Made by a program: the position numbers and the translations under genes. From Calothrix sp. MO_192.B10 (GTDB lineage: Bacteria > Cyanobacteriota > Cyanobacteriia > Cyanobacteriales > Nostocaceae), in contig JASJDS010000083.1 in NCBI GenBank assembly GCA_030065055.1, positions 1 through 48,000 on the forward strand: a DNA stretch of 48,000 bases. Direction: 5' to 3'. Below the pieces are notes generated by a model, which made no database searches, was not told the DNA's origin, and was given only the letters and a program-made list of their open reading frames with translations. Below, piece by piece: positions 27,916-37,695 of this stretch; position 1 is the first letter of the stretch; each line of letters opens with the position of its first letter.

Positions 27916-29171
27916 ATAAATTTCTCAGATTTGGCGAGTATATTTTTATTATTTTAGGATTAACTTTTTTTTCAGGAGCCTTTGGAATCAATTCTCTCGG
28001 TCTGATACTTCCTAGTTTTTTGATTACATTAGTCCGGTTTTTTATTTTGGGATGTTCAACTATTTTGATTTGTGTTTTTTGGCAAAGTACAATTAAAATA
28101 GTTAGCAGAAATATATTGCTATTTTTATTGTCAATCATCGCTTTTTTCTCTTTTATCTGGTCAGAATTTCCAGATTATACTCTGTCTAATGCCAGGGATA
28201 TTTGGATGATGACCAGTTTCTCCTTGTATTTTGCTAGTAGATTTAGTTTGAAAGAGCAAATAAAACTGGTTGCATATACTTTATTAATAGGAGGTATTTT
28301 AAGTATACTTTGTGCCCTAGGGCTACCTCAAGTTGGCAAACATATCACAGCTGAACATACAGGAGCATGGAAAGGTATATACGGACACAAAAATTCCCTT
28401 GGTAGTACTATGCTTTTAGGGTCTTTAACCTGCTTTTACCTACCCATAAATAACTTCAAAATATTTAAGTATTTCGGTTTTGGATTTTTATTTTTATTGA
28501 TGTTAACTTCTACATCCAGAACCGCATTAGTGTTGTTTGGTTTAATTCTATTAATCATGTTTATCTATCAAAGGTTTAGATGGAGGGGTAAGATAAGCGT
28601 AATTTTGTTAGATATGGGAATTTTGGTTTTAGGTTGTTTTACCCTAGGTCTTGTTAGCTATTGGGCAGAACTTTTAACCGGTTTAGGAAGAGACCCAACC
28701 TTAACGGGAAGAATACCTATTTGGAGTGTAATGATAAATAGATTAATGGAACGACCATGGTTGGGTTTTGGACGTGGAGCATTTTTCGCACCCCATAGTC
28801 CATATGCAATTGAAGTAGGTCAAGTAATTGGTTCAGGCTGGCATCCACCCCATGGTCATAATGGCTTTCTCGATTTGGCAATTGATTTTGGCTTGATTGG
28901 TTTGTCACTTTTTTTGATTACCTATTTCACTACTTTTACACAAGTTTTGAAACAAGCTTATGCAACTAGAAAACCTGAAGAACTTTGGCTGTTAGCTTTT
29001 ATGTTTTTCTTGATTTTGAATAATATTACAGAGAGTTTGTTATTGTACCAAACTAATTTATACTGGGTATTGTTTCTCACAATAGCTTTTACTGTCAATC
29101 AGGTAAAATTTGGTAAAGAGATGCCTGAAAAAATACAGATATCAAACTCTTCATATTTTGCTAGAAGATGA
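27912..29171 (+). CDS. O-antigen ligase/polymerase-family membrane protein (Wzy-like), paralog 2
   Basis: Its GTG start overlaps the upstream stop (GTGA). It is collinear with paralog 1: FRWRGKISVI, LTGLGRDPTLTGRIPIW, AIEVGQVIGSGW, GHNGFLDL. Confidence 0.8.
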   Translation: MNKFLRFGEYIFIILGLTFFSGAFGINSLGLILPSFLITLVRFFILGCSTILICVFWQSTIKIVSRNILLFLLSIIAFFSFIWSEFPDYTLSNARDIWMMTSFSLYFASRFSLKEQIKLVAYTLLIGGILSILCALGLPQVGKHITAEHTGAWKGIYGHKNSLGSTMLLGSLTCFYLPINNFKIFKYFGFGFLFLLMLTSTSRTALVLFGLILLIMFIYQRFRWRGKISVILLDMGILVLGCFTLGLVSYWAELLTGLGRDPTLTGRIPIWSVMINRLMERPWLGFGRGAFFAPHSPYAIEVGQVIGSGWHPPHGHNGFLDLAIDFGLIGLSLFLITYFTTFTQVLKQAYATRKPEELWLLAFMFFLILNNITESLLLYQTNLYWVLFLTIAFTVNQVKFGKEMPEKIQISNSSYFARR

Positions 29172-29219
29172 AAAAGACTAAGTGTAAATTACTAAATAAT
29201 TATTATAGGAGGTATTAAA

Positions 29220-30224
29220 TTGTATTCTATAGGAGTTGTGATTATTGGCAGAAATGAGGGCGATCGCTTAAAAAGTTGTCTGCTATCTGTGATCAAAGAA
29301 GGAAATACCATTGTTTATGTAGATTCTGGATCTACAGATGGTAGTGTTGCATTGGCTTATTCTCTAGGTGTTGCCGTTGTGGAATTAGATTTATCCATCC
29401 CCTTTACTGCTGCTCGGGCAAGAAATGCAGGGTGGGAATATTTGCTACAACACAGACCTGATATTGAGTTTGTCCAGTTTGTTGATGGAGATTGTCGGGT
29501 TGTAGAGGGATGGTGGGAAAGTGCGGTGAATGAGCTAGTTAACCAACCTCAAGTTGTGGTAGTATGCGGTCGGCGTAGAGAAGAATTTCCCCGTCACTCC
29601 GTATATAATCTCCTCTGTGATGTTGAATGGAATACCCCTATAGGAGAGGCTAAATACTGTGGTGGCGACTCGATGATACGAGTAGCTGCATTAAAACAAG
29701 CTGGAGGATTTAATCCAACCTTAATTGCGGGAGAAGAACCGGAATTATGCGTGCGTTTGCGTCGGAATGGTGGTAAAATTTACCGCATTGATGCGGAAAT
29801 GACATTGCACGATGCTTGCATTAACCATTTTAGTCAATGGTGGAAGCGATCGCTCCGCAGTGGTTACGGTTATGCAGAGGGTGCTTGGTTACACGGTGGT
29901 AGCCCTGAACGGCATTGGGTAAAGGAATGTCGTCGGATCTGGATTTGGGGCTTCATTTTACCTTTATTGACTGTGATCGCTTTATTGCCAACTAAAGGAT
30001 TGAGCTTACTGTTACTAGCAATAGCTTATGGTTACTTGTTTTACCGGGTATATTCTATGACCAGTAAAAAAGGTTGCGATCGGCAAACGGCTATTTTTTA
30101 TGCTCTGTTTTGCATCATCGATAAATTCCCGATGGTACAAGGGCAAATGAAATTTTATTTTTTGCGATTATTGAAACGCCAAAGCAAAATTGTGGAGTAC
30201 AAAAGTGCCCTTTCTGGCAGTTAA
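29220..30224 (+). CDS. Family-2 glycosyltransferase
   Basis: TTG start 8 nt after AGGAGG. Motifs VVIIGRNEGDRL...VDSGSTDGS...FVDGDC, with C-terminal TM segments. Confidence 0.85.
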   Translation: MYSIGVVIIGRNEGDRLKSCLLSVIKEGNTIVYVDSGSTDGSVALAYSLGVAVVELDLSIPFTAARARNAGWEYLLQHRPDIEFVQFVDGDCRVVEGWWESAVNELVNQPQVVVVCGRRREEFPRHSVYNLLCDVEWNTPIGEAKYCGGDSMIRVAALKQAGGFNPTLIAGEEPELCVRLRRNGGKIYRIDAEMTLHDACINHFSQWWKRSLRSGYGYAEGAWLHGGSPERHWVKECRRIWIWGFILPLLTVIALLPTKGLSLLLLAIAYGYLFYRVYSMTSKKGCDRQTAIFYALFCIIDKFPMVQGQMKFYFLRLLKRQSKIVEYKSALSGS

Positions 30225-30259
30225 TTGAAATTTAAATTATTTAATTGGGAAAATGAGTT

Positions 30260-31312
30260 ATGGGAACCAAACTTAAATCAGCAGTAATCGGTACGGGAGC
30301 AATTTCTAAGGAACATCTCAGCTTTTTATCAACCTCAGAACGGGCAAATTTAGTCAGTGTTTGTGACCTTTCTCCAGCATCGGCTAAATATGCAGCCCGG
30401 AGGTTTGGGGCAAGCTCTACTTATACTGATTATCGGCAAATGCTATCTGAGGTGAAGCCAGATATTGTCCACATTCTCACTCCTCCTCATACCCACAAAA
30501 AAATTGCCACGGATTGTTTAGAAGCGGGGGTTCACGTATTTTGTGAAAAGCCCATTGCCCCAACCTATGATGAATTTCAAGAACTTTGGCAGTTAGCACA
30601 ATCCCAGAGGTGCTGGTTAGTTGAAAATCAGAACTACTGTTTTAATGAGAAAATCTTAGCTATTAGTAGATTAGTAGCAGCAGGTATGCTGGGCGAAGTT
30701 CAGGAAGTGGAAGTGAGAATTGCTCTACCTGTGAGGGATGGAGGGGCTTTTGCTGATGAAAATTTACCCAACCCAATTCATCAACTTCCCGCAGGGGTAG
30801 TGCATGACTTTATCACCCATCTATGTTCTCTGGTAGTACGTTTTATCCCTGATTTTGAGCGGGTTAGTGCCGCTTGGAGTAATCACGGTGGTGGGGAATT
30901 ATTTAAATATGATGACCTAGATGCGATCGCTATTGGTAAGTCGGCCCATGCTCGGATTCGCTTCAGCAGCCATACCCTACCCAAGGCATTTAGTGTCATA
31001 GTCCGGGGTTCAGAAGGCTATGCAGAAACGGATTTATTCCAGCCATATTTACGTTGTGTTATTCCCCGTGCGGGAGAGGTGCTATCTCCACTGATTAATC
31101 ATTTTATGAATGGATGGGACTTGATTGGATCAACATTTGTCAATTTCCGCAACAAGATTATGCAAAAAACTCCCTATGAAGGGTTGCACCGGCTGTTAGA
31201 TAGAACCTATGAAGCACTAATTGAAGGAAAGACCCCACCTATTAGTTTTGAAGATATGGAACGTACTAATCGTTTGGTGAATAAGTTACTTCTAGAAACT
31301 GGTAGATTTTAG
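30260..31312 (+). CDS. Gfo/Idh/MocA-family NAD(P)-dependent oxidoreductase
   Basis: LKSAVIGTGAISKEHL Rossmann start and the CEKP motif (VFCEKPIA). Confidence 0.85.
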   Translation: MGTKLKSAVIGTGAISKEHLSFLSTSERANLVSVCDLSPASAKYAARRFGASSTYTDYRQMLSEVKPDIVHILTPPHTHKKIATDCLEAGVHVFCEKPIAPTYDEFQELWQLAQSQRCWLVENQNYCFNEKILAISRLVAAGMLGEVQEVEVRIALPVRDGGAFADENLPNPIHQLPAGVVHDFITHLCSLVVRFIPDFERVSAAWSNHGGGELFKYDDLDAIAIGKSAHARIRFSSHTLPKAFSVIVRGSEGYAETDLFQPYLRCVIPRAGEVLSPLINHFMNGWDLIGSTFVNFRNKIMQKTPYEGLHRLLDRTYEALIEGKTPPISFEDMERTNRLVNKLLLETGRF

Positions 31313-31336
31313 ATTGGGGGATAGTTTTATTTTCTC

Positions 31337-31437
31337 GGCGTTGCTGAAGAAAGATATGTATATCTCACGCAGAGACGCAGAGGCGCAGAGAGTAAGAGTT
31401 TTAAGAGGTTCATTAGTTCATCATATTGTGCAATGCC
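31337..31437. mobile_element. MITE-like element of the GGCGTTGCTGA...GCAATGCC family, carrying a CGCAGAG repeat core
   Basis: The termini and the CACGCAGAGACGCAGAGGCGCAGAGAG core are shared with copies at 3377-3489 and 6286-6441. Confidence 0.65.
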
Positions 31438-31482
31438 CTAACTGCGAATTACAAACTACTATTTAATGAGGTTGATGATTAA

Positions 31483-32559
31483 ATGAAATTATTAATTACA
31501 GGTGCTTCTGGTTTTGTTGGACAGTATGTAGTTGTCCAAGCACTGCGAAAAGGGCATCAAGTAAAGGCGGTAGTGCGTCCATCTAGTGACCTGAAAAAAC
31601 TACCTTGGTCAAATCATCCAGCCGTGGAGCTAGTCCGTCTAGACTTGCGCCGTCAAGCAGGTATTGTGGATGCTCTCCAGGATGTAGACGCAGTTATTCA
31701 CTTAGCAGCTGCTAAAGACGGGGACTTTTACACCCGATTTGCAGGCACAGTAATTACCACAGAAAATTTACTCAACGCTATGGTTGAGGCAAATATGATG
31801 CGTTTGGTTAATATTAGTACCTTCTGCGTATACGACTATCTTCGCATCCCATCCCGGACCACAATTAAGGAAGATTCTATCACTGAATGTGACCCGTTAG
31901 AGCGAGAAGAGTACACCCAAACCAAATTACTTCAAGAAGAACTGATTCAAGAGTTTCAAGAAAATCACCAGCACTCACAAGTCACAACCATCCGCCCCGG
32001 ACTGATATACGGACGAGATAATATTTGGAGTACCCTGCTGGGGGGTAAACTAGGTGGTAATCTCTGGTTGCGAATTGGTGGTTATGCAACTATGCCCTTG
32101 ACTTATATCGAAAATTGTGCTGATGCCATTGTTTGTGCGGCGGAGTGTCCCCAAGCGATCGGTAAAATTATCAATATCGTCGATGATAAGTTGCCCACTC
32201 AAAGGGCATATGTGAAGAAATTGAAGCGATATGCCCTACCCATACCGAAAACCATCCCCATAAATTGGACGCTGATGCGTAGCATTGCTTGGATATTTTG
32301 GAAATTCAATAAAGTTTTCCTCAAAGGACAGGCGCGATTACCTGGTATATTTAACCCAGTGATATTAGATGCCAGATTCAAACATTTTCGCTTCAGTAAT
32401 CATCGCGCCAAACATCTGTTAAATTGGACACCCAAGTATTCCCTAGATGAAGCACTCCAACGTATAAGTCGTAATGGTGACTTATTACAAGTATCTTCTA
32501 CCTCCCTTGCAGATACCGATGAAACAACAGAGGAGAGCTTATGCGGATTGCCTACTTAA
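31483..32559 (+). CDS. NAD-dependent epimerase/dehydratase (extended SDR)
   Basis: MKLLITGASGFVGQY glycine motif and a YTQTK (YxxxK) catalytic motif. Confidence 0.85.
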   Translation: MKLLITGASGFVGQYVVVQALRKGHQVKAVVRPSSDLKKLPWSNHPAVELVRLDLRRQAGIVDALQDVDAVIHLAAAKDGDFYTRFAGTVITTENLLNAMVEANMMRLVNISTFCVYDYLRIPSRTTIKEDSITECDPLEREEYTQTKLLQEELIQEFQENHQHSQVTTIRPGLIYGRDNIWSTLLGGKLGGNLWLRIGGYATMPLTYIENCADAIVCAAECPQAIGKIINIVDDKLPTQRAYVKKLKRYALPIPKTIPINWTLMRSIAWIFWKFNKVFLKGQARLPGIFNPVILDARFKHFRFSNHRAKHLLNWTPKYSLDEALQRISRNGDLLQVSSTSLADTDETTEESLCGLPT

Positions 32560-33830
32560 CTGGTGAGTATCCCAGGGTGACAGATACCTTTATCCAACGA
32601 GAAGTAATTGGTTTGCGGGAAATGGGTGTGGATGTCCATACATTCTCCATTCGCCGCACTGATGACACACACATGGTGGGAGAAGAGCAAAAACAAGAAC
32701 GCGATCGCACTTTTTACATTCTCCCTCCTCACCCAGTGAAACTACTATTTGCCCATGTTAATTTATTACTTGCTTGTCCGAAAAAATACTTGCAAGCGAT
32801 CGCCCTAGCTTGGTCTACTAGTCAACCTGGATTTAAGGGTGGACTGTATCAAATATTCTACTTTTTGGAAGCTGGTATCCTCGCTCAACAAATCAAAGCG
32901 AGGAACATTGCCCACCTCCACAATCATATTGCGGAAGCCAGTGGCACTGTAGCAATGATTGCGGCTGAAATGGGAGGATTTACTTACAGTTTTACATTAC
33001 ACGGGGCGTACATCTTTTTTAGACCATATCAATGGCGGCTTGATGAGAAAATTAAGCGAGCATTATTTGTAACTTGCATTAGTCATTTCGCTCGCAGCCA
33101 GGGTATGATATTTGCTCCTCCTGAAAAATGGCATCGAATGCATATCGTTCATTGCGGTATCGATCCAACTTTATTTCAACCAGTTACCCATAAGGGGCTA
33201 GGAAAACGCTTACTATTTGTAGGCAGACTGGCTGCTGCTAAAGGATTACCCATATTGCTGTCAAGCTTGGTAACATTACGCAAAAAACACCCAGATATTT
33301 TATTAACAGTTGTTGGTGATGGTGCCGAGCGGGGACAGTTAGAAAAAATGACTGCCCAGTTAGGCTTGACTGAAAATGTGAATTATGTGGGTTCTAAATC
33401 CCAAGCAGAGGTTAGAGATTATCTCCAACAAACAGACATTTTCGTCATGTCGAGCTTTGCTGAGGGATTACCAGTAGTCTTAATGGAAGCAATGGCAGCA
33501 GGTGTACCTGTAGTTGCTCCCCAAATTGCTGGTATTAGCGAGCTAGTGGAAAATGGAGTCAACGGCTACCTCGTCCCCCCAGGAGACTCTGTTTCCCTAA
33601 CCCACAGTATCGAACTATTACTGAATAATCCTGAAATCAGAGTAGCATTTGGTACTCAAGGTCGAGACAAAGTAGAAACAGACTTCAATATACGTAATGA
33701 AGTTTCCTGGTTACACCAACTGATGAATAGTGCTTTGCAAGGTGATATAGAACCCATTCGTCCAAATTACAAACCAGAGCAAGTTGCTCTCAACTCAAAT
33801 CTCGTACCAGAACATCTGTTAAGTTCTTAA
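32541..33830 (+). CDS. GT-B family-4 glycosyltransferase (WcaL-like)
   Basis: MRIAYLTGEYPRVTDTFIQREV N-terminus and C-terminal FVMSSFAEGLPVVLMEAMAAGVPVVA. It overlaps the SDR gene by 19 nt. Confidence 0.85.
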   Translation: MRIAYLTGEYPRVTDTFIQREVIGLREMGVDVHTFSIRRTDDTHMVGEEQKQERDRTFYILPPHPVKLLFAHVNLLLACPKKYLQAIALAWSTSQPGFKGGLYQIFYFLEAGILAQQIKARNIAHLHNHIAEASGTVAMIAAEMGGFTYSFTLHGAYIFFRPYQWRLDEKIKRALFVTCISHFARSQGMIFAPPEKWHRMHIVHCGIDPTLFQPVTHKGLGKRLLFVGRLAAAKGLPILLSSLVTLRKKHPDILLTVVGDGAERGQLEKMTAQLGLTENVNYVGSKSQAEVRDYLQQTDIFVMSSFAEGLPVVLMEAMAAGVPVVAPQIAGISELVENGVNGYLVPPGDSVSLTHSIELLLNNPEIRVAFGTQGRDKVETDFNIRNEVSWLHQLMNSALQGDIEPIRPNYKPEQVALNSNLVPEHLLSS

Positions 33831-33837
33831 GTAATTT

Positions 33838-35184
33838 ATGAAATCTGTAAAACAATTGGCAATCCGTGGAGCCATCTGGACTGTGATTGGTTTTGGAGGA
33901 AATTATCTACTGAGATTTGGTAATAATTTAGTTCTTACTCGTCTATTGCAGCCAGAATTTTTTGGTTTAATGGCTTTTGTTAATACCCTACGTATGGGTT
34001 TAACACTATTCTCAGATATTGGTATTGGTCAAAACATTATTAATAGTAAACGAGGAGATGAACCGAGTTTTTTAAATACAGCTTGGACTTTAAAGATTAT
34101 TCGCGGTTTTGTTATTTGGTTTGTTTGTCTGCTGATTAGTTTTCCCATTGCATTTTTTTATAATGACCAACGCTTACTGTGGCTAATTCCGGTTGTAACT
34201 ATATATTCGGTGTTAGACGGATTTAGTTCTACTAGTATCCATACACTGAATCGGCGTATGGAGTTAGGTAAGCTTTCCCTGTATGAATTAGTCTTACAGT
34301 TCTGTTATTTTTCTACACTCATCTTTTTTGTTTGGCTATATCCCAGTCTTTGGACTTTAGCTATAGGAACTTTAATCCCAGGTGTATATAGATTAGTTAG
34401 TAGCTATTGGTTAATTCCCAAATATTCTAATTGGTTTGAGTGGGATAAAGATGCTGTGAAAGAAATTCTTTCCTTTGGCAAATGGATGTTTCTGGCATCA
34501 GGATTTATGTTTGCAGCCGAACAAGCTGACTACATGATTTTAGGGAAATTACTCTCCTTTAAAATGCTGGGAGTTTACATAATTGCTTATACTTTGGCAA
34601 GTATACCGCGAGAAACTATTAAAGTACTGAGTAATAAAGTAATTTTTCCAGCTATTGCCAAACAGTCAGATTTACCAAGACATATTTTACGGGAAAAGAT
34701 TCTGACTCAGCGACGAATATTATTAATTGGATTTGCAATTTTCTTAGCAGCACTAGTTACTACTGGCGATTTAGTTGTATCTTTCCTCTACGATCAAAGA
34801 TATCGTGATGCTGGCTGGATAATGCCAATTCTATGCTGTGGAATGTGGTTCTCTCTACTTTTTTATACTATTAGTCCTGCTTTATTAGCACTCGGTAAAC
34901 CTTTATATTCTGCTCAAAGTAATTTTGCCAGATTCGCCATTATTGCCATAGCCGTACCTCTGTTATTTGAAAAGTTTGGTGTAGTAGGAGCAGTAATTGC
35001 GATCGCATTGAGTGATTTACCATTATACCTGACAAATCTTTATGGTCTATGGCGAGAAAAACTATTTTGTTTTAGTCAAGATATGGCTGCTACAGGCTTC
35101 TTTGTGGCAGTATTGAGTTTATTTTTCGTAATTCGCAATAATTTGGGATTCGGATTCCCAATCCAGCAACTAATAAACGGTTAA
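33838..35184 (+). CDS. wzx: Oligosaccharide-unit flippase (Wzx, MOP superfamily)
   Basis: About 12 predicted TM helices, and the N-terminus and length are typical of polysaccharide-biosynthesis flippases. Confidence 0.78.
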   Translation: MKSVKQLAIRGAIWTVIGFGGNYLLRFGNNLVLTRLLQPEFFGLMAFVNTLRMGLTLFSDIGIGQNIINSKRGDEPSFLNTAWTLKIIRGFVIWFVCLLISFPIAFFYNDQRLLWLIPVVTIYSVLDGFSSTSIHTLNRRMELGKLSLYELVLQFCYFSTLIFFVWLYPSLWTLAIGTLIPGVYRLVSSYWLIPKYSNWFEWDKDAVKEILSFGKWMFLASGFMFAAEQADYMILGKLLSFKMLGVYIIAYTLASIPRETIKVLSNKVIFPAIAKQSDLPRHILREKILTQRRILLIGFAIFLAALVTTGDLVVSFLYDQRYRDAGWIMPILCCGMWFSLLFYTISPALLALGKPLYSAQSNFARFAIIAIAVPLLFEKFGVVGAVIAIALSDLPLYLTNLYGLWREKLFCFSQDMAATGFFVAVLSLFFVIRNNLGFGFPIQQLING

Positions 35185-35229
35185 CTAGTCTCATAAACCC
35201 CCAGAAAATAAATTACCAAATCTAGTATT

Positions 35230-36027
35230 ATGCAACGTCATTTCATACTAACCAATGGGCGCAGTGGCAGTAACTATTTAAGAAGTCTTCTCAATCAACA
35301 TCCTCAAGTTGTTAATTATGGAGAGGTGTTGGGAGATTGGACTATACCTTATAAACTCCATCAAAAGTTTGGTCTAGGAGGTAGTTCATCCGCATCTTAT
35401 CTTGATTACATTTATAATAGTAAAGTCTTCTTTTACTTAGCTCAAGTTTATTCAGGATATTCTAAAATCCTCAAAAAAGAAAAAATAAACTTCAAAGTTA
35501 TTAAGCAAGTAAAAACCGTAGGGTTTAAGGATTTTAGTATTAATCTGAACCAAAGAAATCTAGAACAATACCTGAGTGAGAGGGAAGATATCTTAATAAT
35601 CAACCTCTTTCGTAGAAACTCTCTGAAAAGATTAATTTCCTTAGCATCTATGGAACGAAGTGGTGTAGTTGCATTAAGGAGTAATGATGTCAAAGCAAAA
35701 GGTTCAAGAAAACTCAATTTACCAACTGATAATCTGTTGCCGCAATTAAAAATATTTGAATCAGAGAAAAATCAACAATTTGATTTACTTAAGCAAATTG
35801 ATTCCCAGAGAATTCTCAATATTGCTTATGAGGATTATTTTTCCTCGGCTGCATCTCAAAAACAGTACAATCAGAAAATATTTGCATTTTTACAAGTTTC
35901 TGACATGAAGATTCAGACTAATCTAACTCGTATTTTGCCAGATCAACTTGCTGATAAACTGGAAAATTATCAAGAAGTTGCTCAAGCTTTATATGGAACT
36001 GAGTATGAACCTTACTTACTTAACTAA
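35230..36027 (+). CDS. Sulfotransferase (Stf0-like)
   Basis: A 5'-PAPS-binding-like loop ILTNGRSGSNYL and a 3'-PB-like INLFRRNSLKRLISLASME. Confidence 0.7.
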   Translation: MQRHFILTNGRSGSNYLRSLLNQHPQVVNYGEVLGDWTIPYKLHQKFGLGGSSSASYLDYIYNSKVFFYLAQVYSGYSKILKKEKINFKVIKQVKTVGFKDFSINLNQRNLEQYLSEREDILIINLFRRNSLKRLISLASMERSGVVALRSNDVKAKGSRKLNLPTDNLLPQLKIFESEKNQQFDLLKQIDSQRILNIAYEDYFSSAASQKQYNQKIFAFLQVSDMKIQTNLTRILPDQLADKLENYQEVAQALYGTEYEPYLLN

Positions 36028-36134
36028 AAATTGTTTTCATTAACTTATGTTACGTTAGCGATCGCCATTGTTCAATGTTCCTACATTTTTGGTAAATTGT
36101 ATTTCCTTAAATACAGTAGGAGTCTCAGGTCCCT

Positions 36135-37619
36135 ATGAGTACCATTGATTGGGTGGTTGTTGCAATTTATGCTATGATTGTGCTGGCGATCGGAATTGCA
36201 GCGAGTCGCAAGCAAAACAACACCGATGAATATTTCCGAGGATCGCGGCAACTACCTTGGTGGGCAGTAGGTTTATCAATTATTGCCACCTCTTTCTCCG
36301 CAGCTTCACTCCTTGGGGGACCTGGAGAAGGCTATAACCACGGTTTTCTATATCTACAGCTTCAGTTGGGTGACTTGATTGGTTATGGTTTAGTCATCTT
36401 ATTGTTTCTGCCATTTTTTGTGCGGCTTAACCTCACAACCGCCTATGAATATCTGGAGCAACGTTTCGATGCCAAAACCCGTTCCCTAGGCTCCCTGTGT
36501 TTTTTACTATTTGTCATTGCCCGGTTAGGGGGACTTTTATATGCAGCATCTTTGGTTGTCTCAACCGTTACCGGGCTTCCACTTTATCTAGCCATCTTGC
36601 TGGTAGGTATTGTATCAATTGCCTATACCGTTGCCGGTGGAATTACGGCAGTGGTTTGGACTGACGTACTTCAGTTTGCCATGATTTTTGTTGGCTTGGC
36701 TGCTGGTATTTGGACTGTTGTGTCAGGGGTTTCTGGCGGGTTTGGAGAACTTTGGGGCGCAGCAGGTGCAGGGGGAAAACTAGTGATGTTTAACCCCTCC
36801 TGGGAACCAGCATCAATTCGTTCACTACCCACAGCATTATTCGCCTATGGAATGCTTGCCTTTGGTGTGGCAGGAACAAACCAGCAATCTGTACAGCGTT
36901 ATGTCTCCTGTGCGGATGTGAACTCAGCCCGTAAGGCAATTTTTTTGGGATGGTTTTCTGGTTTTATTGGTGTTGCCGCTACCCTGTTGTTGGGGGTTCT
37001 TTTGTTTGGTTTTTATTCCCTTAATGCTGGGCTACCGGATGATATCAAACCAGATGGTATTCTGTCATATTTTATTGTCAATCAGGTGCCCCCTGGTGCT
37101 TCAGGATTTTTAGTGGCAGCTATCTTTGCTGCTGCCATGTCATCGATTGATTCGGCGCTTCATTCCCTTGCCACCTGTATGACAGTTGACTTTTACCAAC
37201 GTTACTCCCCATCACCACGGAGTGAATCTCAGTCCCTGAAGGTTGCCCAAGGTTTGATTGTGGTTTGGGGAGTTCTGGGTATTCTCTCAGCATTTTATGT
37301 TGCTTCAACGGGAGAATCCTTACTACCATTTCTGATTAAATATACTGCCATGTTTTTGGGACCATTGCTGGGAATTTTTCTCATGGGAGTTCTCTTTCCC
37401 CGCATTAATGCCACGGGAGCATTTTACGGCACCATTACGGCAGTTATCATTTTGGTGGTGGGTTCAGAAATCGGCTGGTTGGGTTTTCCGGGGATTTGGC
37501 GTTCTGCAATTATTGCCCCGGTTGCGATTATATTAGGTTTGGTGATTTCTCTACTTGGTGGAAAACCTGGGGAACGCTCCCTGGGAGGGCTTACGCTTTG
37601 GAATCAAAAAGACTCTTAA
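36135..37619 (+). CDS. Sodium:solute symporter family (SSS/SLC5) transporter
   Basis: About 13 TM helices, with an N-terminal YFRGSRQLPWW and the WTDVLQ motif typical of the SSS family. Confidence 0.85.
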   Translation: MSTIDWVVVAIYAMIVLAIGIAASRKQNNTDEYFRGSRQLPWWAVGLSIIATSFSAASLLGGPGEGYNHGFLYLQLQLGDLIGYGLVILLFLPFFVRLNLTTAYEYLEQRFDAKTRSLGSLCFLLFVIARLGGLLYAASLVVSTVTGLPLYLAILLVGIVSIAYTVAGGITAVVWTDVLQFAMIFVGLAAGIWTVVSGVSGGFGELWGAAGAGGKLVMFNPSWEPASIRSLPTALFAYGMLAFGVAGTNQQSVQRYVSCADVNSARKAIFLGWFSGFIGVAATLLLGVLLFGFYSLNAGLPDDIKPDGILSYFIVNQVPPGASGFLVAAIFAAAMSSIDSALHSLATCMTVDFYQRYSPSPRSESQSLKVAQGLIVVWGVLGILSAFYVASTGESLLPFLIKYTAMFLGPLLGIFLMGVLFPRINATGAFYGTITAVIILVVGSEIGWLGFPGIWRSAIIAPVAIILGLVISLLGGKPGERSLGGLTLWNQKDS

Positions 37620-37621
37620 AT

Positions 37622-37695
37622 TAACCCTTTTGTGTCACTCTGGAAAAAGAAAAACAAATGTAGGTTGGGTGGAACGGAGTGAAACCCAACAATAC
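37622..37695. repeat. Dispersed repeat TAACCCTTTTGTGTCACTCTGG...GTAGGTTGGGTGGAACGGAGTGAAACCCAACAATACC
   Basis: An inverted copy lies at 38720-38794, and a related full hairpin at 45467-45531. Confidence 0.75.
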
